From: Heterodontus francisci
Taxonomy: Eukaryota
Reading direction: 5' to 3'
Length of the DNA: 64,000 bases
Assembly: GCF_036365525.1 (NCBI RefSeq)
Contig: NC_090373.1
Span: forward strand, 104,633,570 to 104,697,569
Shown here: positions 62,230 through 64,000 of the stretch, in pieces
How positions within the stretch are numbered: the stretch's first letter is position 1
How the letters are laid out: every line of letters begins with the position of its first letter
Notes under the pieces: generated by a model
What the model was told of the DNA's origin: nothing
What the model saw: only the letters and a program-made list of their open reading frames with translations
Database searches by the model: none
Position numbers and translations under genes: made by a program

Positions 62230-63075
62230 TCTCAGGATGTTGGGAACACTGGAAACGCTGCATTTATTACTTGTTCCTAGCTGCGCTGAGCATGTTATGG
62301 TGGGCTTTTCTTTAAACCACTGCAGTGATTGCGTCCTACAATGGTGTTAGATAAGGAATTCCAGGACACTGATCTGATCCAATGACAATGAAGAGACAGT
62401 GATAAATGTCCCATTAGATTGTTGTGTGACTTGAGGGGAACGGGTAACACGGAGGTGTTCCCATGACATTGCTGCTCTTGTCCTCAGCGGTGGAGGCAAC
62501 AGGGCATGAACATGCTGTCAAAGTAACCTAGTTGACCTGCTACAGTACATCTTCTAAGTCCATACATTCTGAGGTCACTGAGCCAGACAGGGACACCAAT
62601 CAAGTGAACTGCTCTGTCCTGGATAGTGTCAAGCTCCTTGACTGTTGTTGCAGCTGCAATTATCCAGATGAGTGATGAGCATTCCATCAACATGCCTGGC
62701 TTGCAGATGCTGGAGAGACTTTGAGGTATCAAAGACATGAGCCACTCATTGCAGAGTACTCCACATATTCACGTTGTAGATATGATTCAGTCAGTTAAGC
62801 TTCTGGTCAATGGTGACCCTCAAGATGACGGTGACAAAAGATTTGGAAAAGGTAGTGCTGTTGAAGGTCAGCACAAGATAGCTGGACTCTCTACCATTTG
62901 AGATGGTCATTACTTAGTACTTATATGATGCAAATGTTACCTGCCACCTGTTGGCCCAAGCCGGAATATTATCCAGATCCTGCTGTAGGATGGTACAGGC
63001 GCCTTCATTACGAGAAGAATTGCAAACAGATCAGAGTACTGTGGAATTATCTGTGAACAACGTCTCTCCTGACCA
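62230..63075 (-). mobile_element. Old, diverged CR1-group LINE 3' fragment
   Basis: LIPQSLSSICK...MECSSLIWIIAAATTVKELDTIQDRAVHLIG. Confidence 0.7.
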
Positions 63076-63169
63076 TGCTTTTATAATCATCCCAGCAAAA
63101 ATGAAGGAACTAAACACAAACCAGGAATCGAATCCAAGACATTGCAGATCTGTGTGACTCAGCTAATCA

Positions 63170-63980
63170 CTGGAAGGTTGGACGGAAAACCAGTAGTGTA
63201 ACAATGGGCTACCTTCAAAGAAGAGATAGTTCGGGCACAGTCAAGGTATATTCCCTTGAAGGGGAAAGGTAGGAAAAATAAATCCAGAGCTCCCTGAATG
63301 ACCAAAGAGAAAGAGATGAAGAAGAAGAAGAAATAGTGTGCTTATGACAGATGTCAGGTAGATAATATGATGGAGAACTAGCTGAATACAGAGGGGAAGT
63401 GAAAAGGCAAATAAGAGAAGCAAAGAGAGAGTATGAAAAGAGACCGACAGCTAACATATAAATAGTAAAAGGGCGATAAAAGGCGGAGTAGAGCAGATTA
63501 GAGACTAATGGGGGATTTACACATGGAGGCAGGGGGAATAGCTGAGGTATTAAGCAAATATTTTGCATCTGCCGTTACCAAGGAAGAAGATGCTACCCAG
63601 GCACAAAGAGGAGATAATTAATACACTAGAGGGATTTAAAATTGATAAGGAAGTATCAGATAGGCTGTCTATATTTAAAGTTGATAAAGCACCACGGCCA
63701 GATGAAATATACCCAAGGATACTGAGGGAAGTGAGAGTGGAAATTGCAGAGGCACTGGCCATAATTGTCCAGTCTCCCTTAGACTCAGGGGTGGTGTCAG
63801 AGGACTGGAGAATTGCAAATTTTCCCCCCTTGTTCAAAAAAGGATGTAAAGATAAGCCCAGCAACTAGGCCAGTCAGTTTAACTTCAGTGGTGGGGAAAC
63901 TTCGAGAAACAATAATTCAGGGCCAAATTAATAGTCACATGGACAAATGCAGGTAAATCAAGGAAAGCCAGCATGGATTC
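63170..63980 (+). mobile_element. CR1 LINE ORF2 fragment
   Basis: FKVDKAPRPDEIYPRILREVRVEIAEALAII...EDWRIANFPPLFKKGCKDKPSN. Confidence 0.88.
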
Positions 63981-64000
63981 TTTTTTTTTTTAATAAGAGA

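Overview
Vertebrate genomic DNA, almost certainly from a cartilaginous fish (shark), judged from HE1-type and Deu-type SINEs and CR1/L2/RTE/Penelope repeats. Two spliced genes converge tail-to-tail: a complete six-exon HDDC2 (+, CDS 19925-36726, 216 aa) and the last five coding exons of TPD52L1 (-, 41355-60174; its 5' exons lie beyond the window). The rest is a nested transposon landscape, and most ORFs in the supplied track are repeat fragments or noise. Top observations: (1) a 3.4-kb single-ORF LINE (15348-18730) whose 5' end is a tRNA-derived Pol III SINE head, inserted as one unit into an RTE element, nearly free of sense-strand TTTT, and matched by a SINE made of its head plus its tail; (2) Penelope-derived minimal hammerhead ribozymes, one with an intact core in the sense orientation of HDDC2 intron 3; (3) a TIR/TSD-bounded hAT transposon with a CGGBP1-like transposase in HDDC2 intron 4. 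All calls were made by eye. Exon ends were read base by base, repeat ends are approximate unless a TSD or TIR is given, and comparisons with human proteins are from memory.
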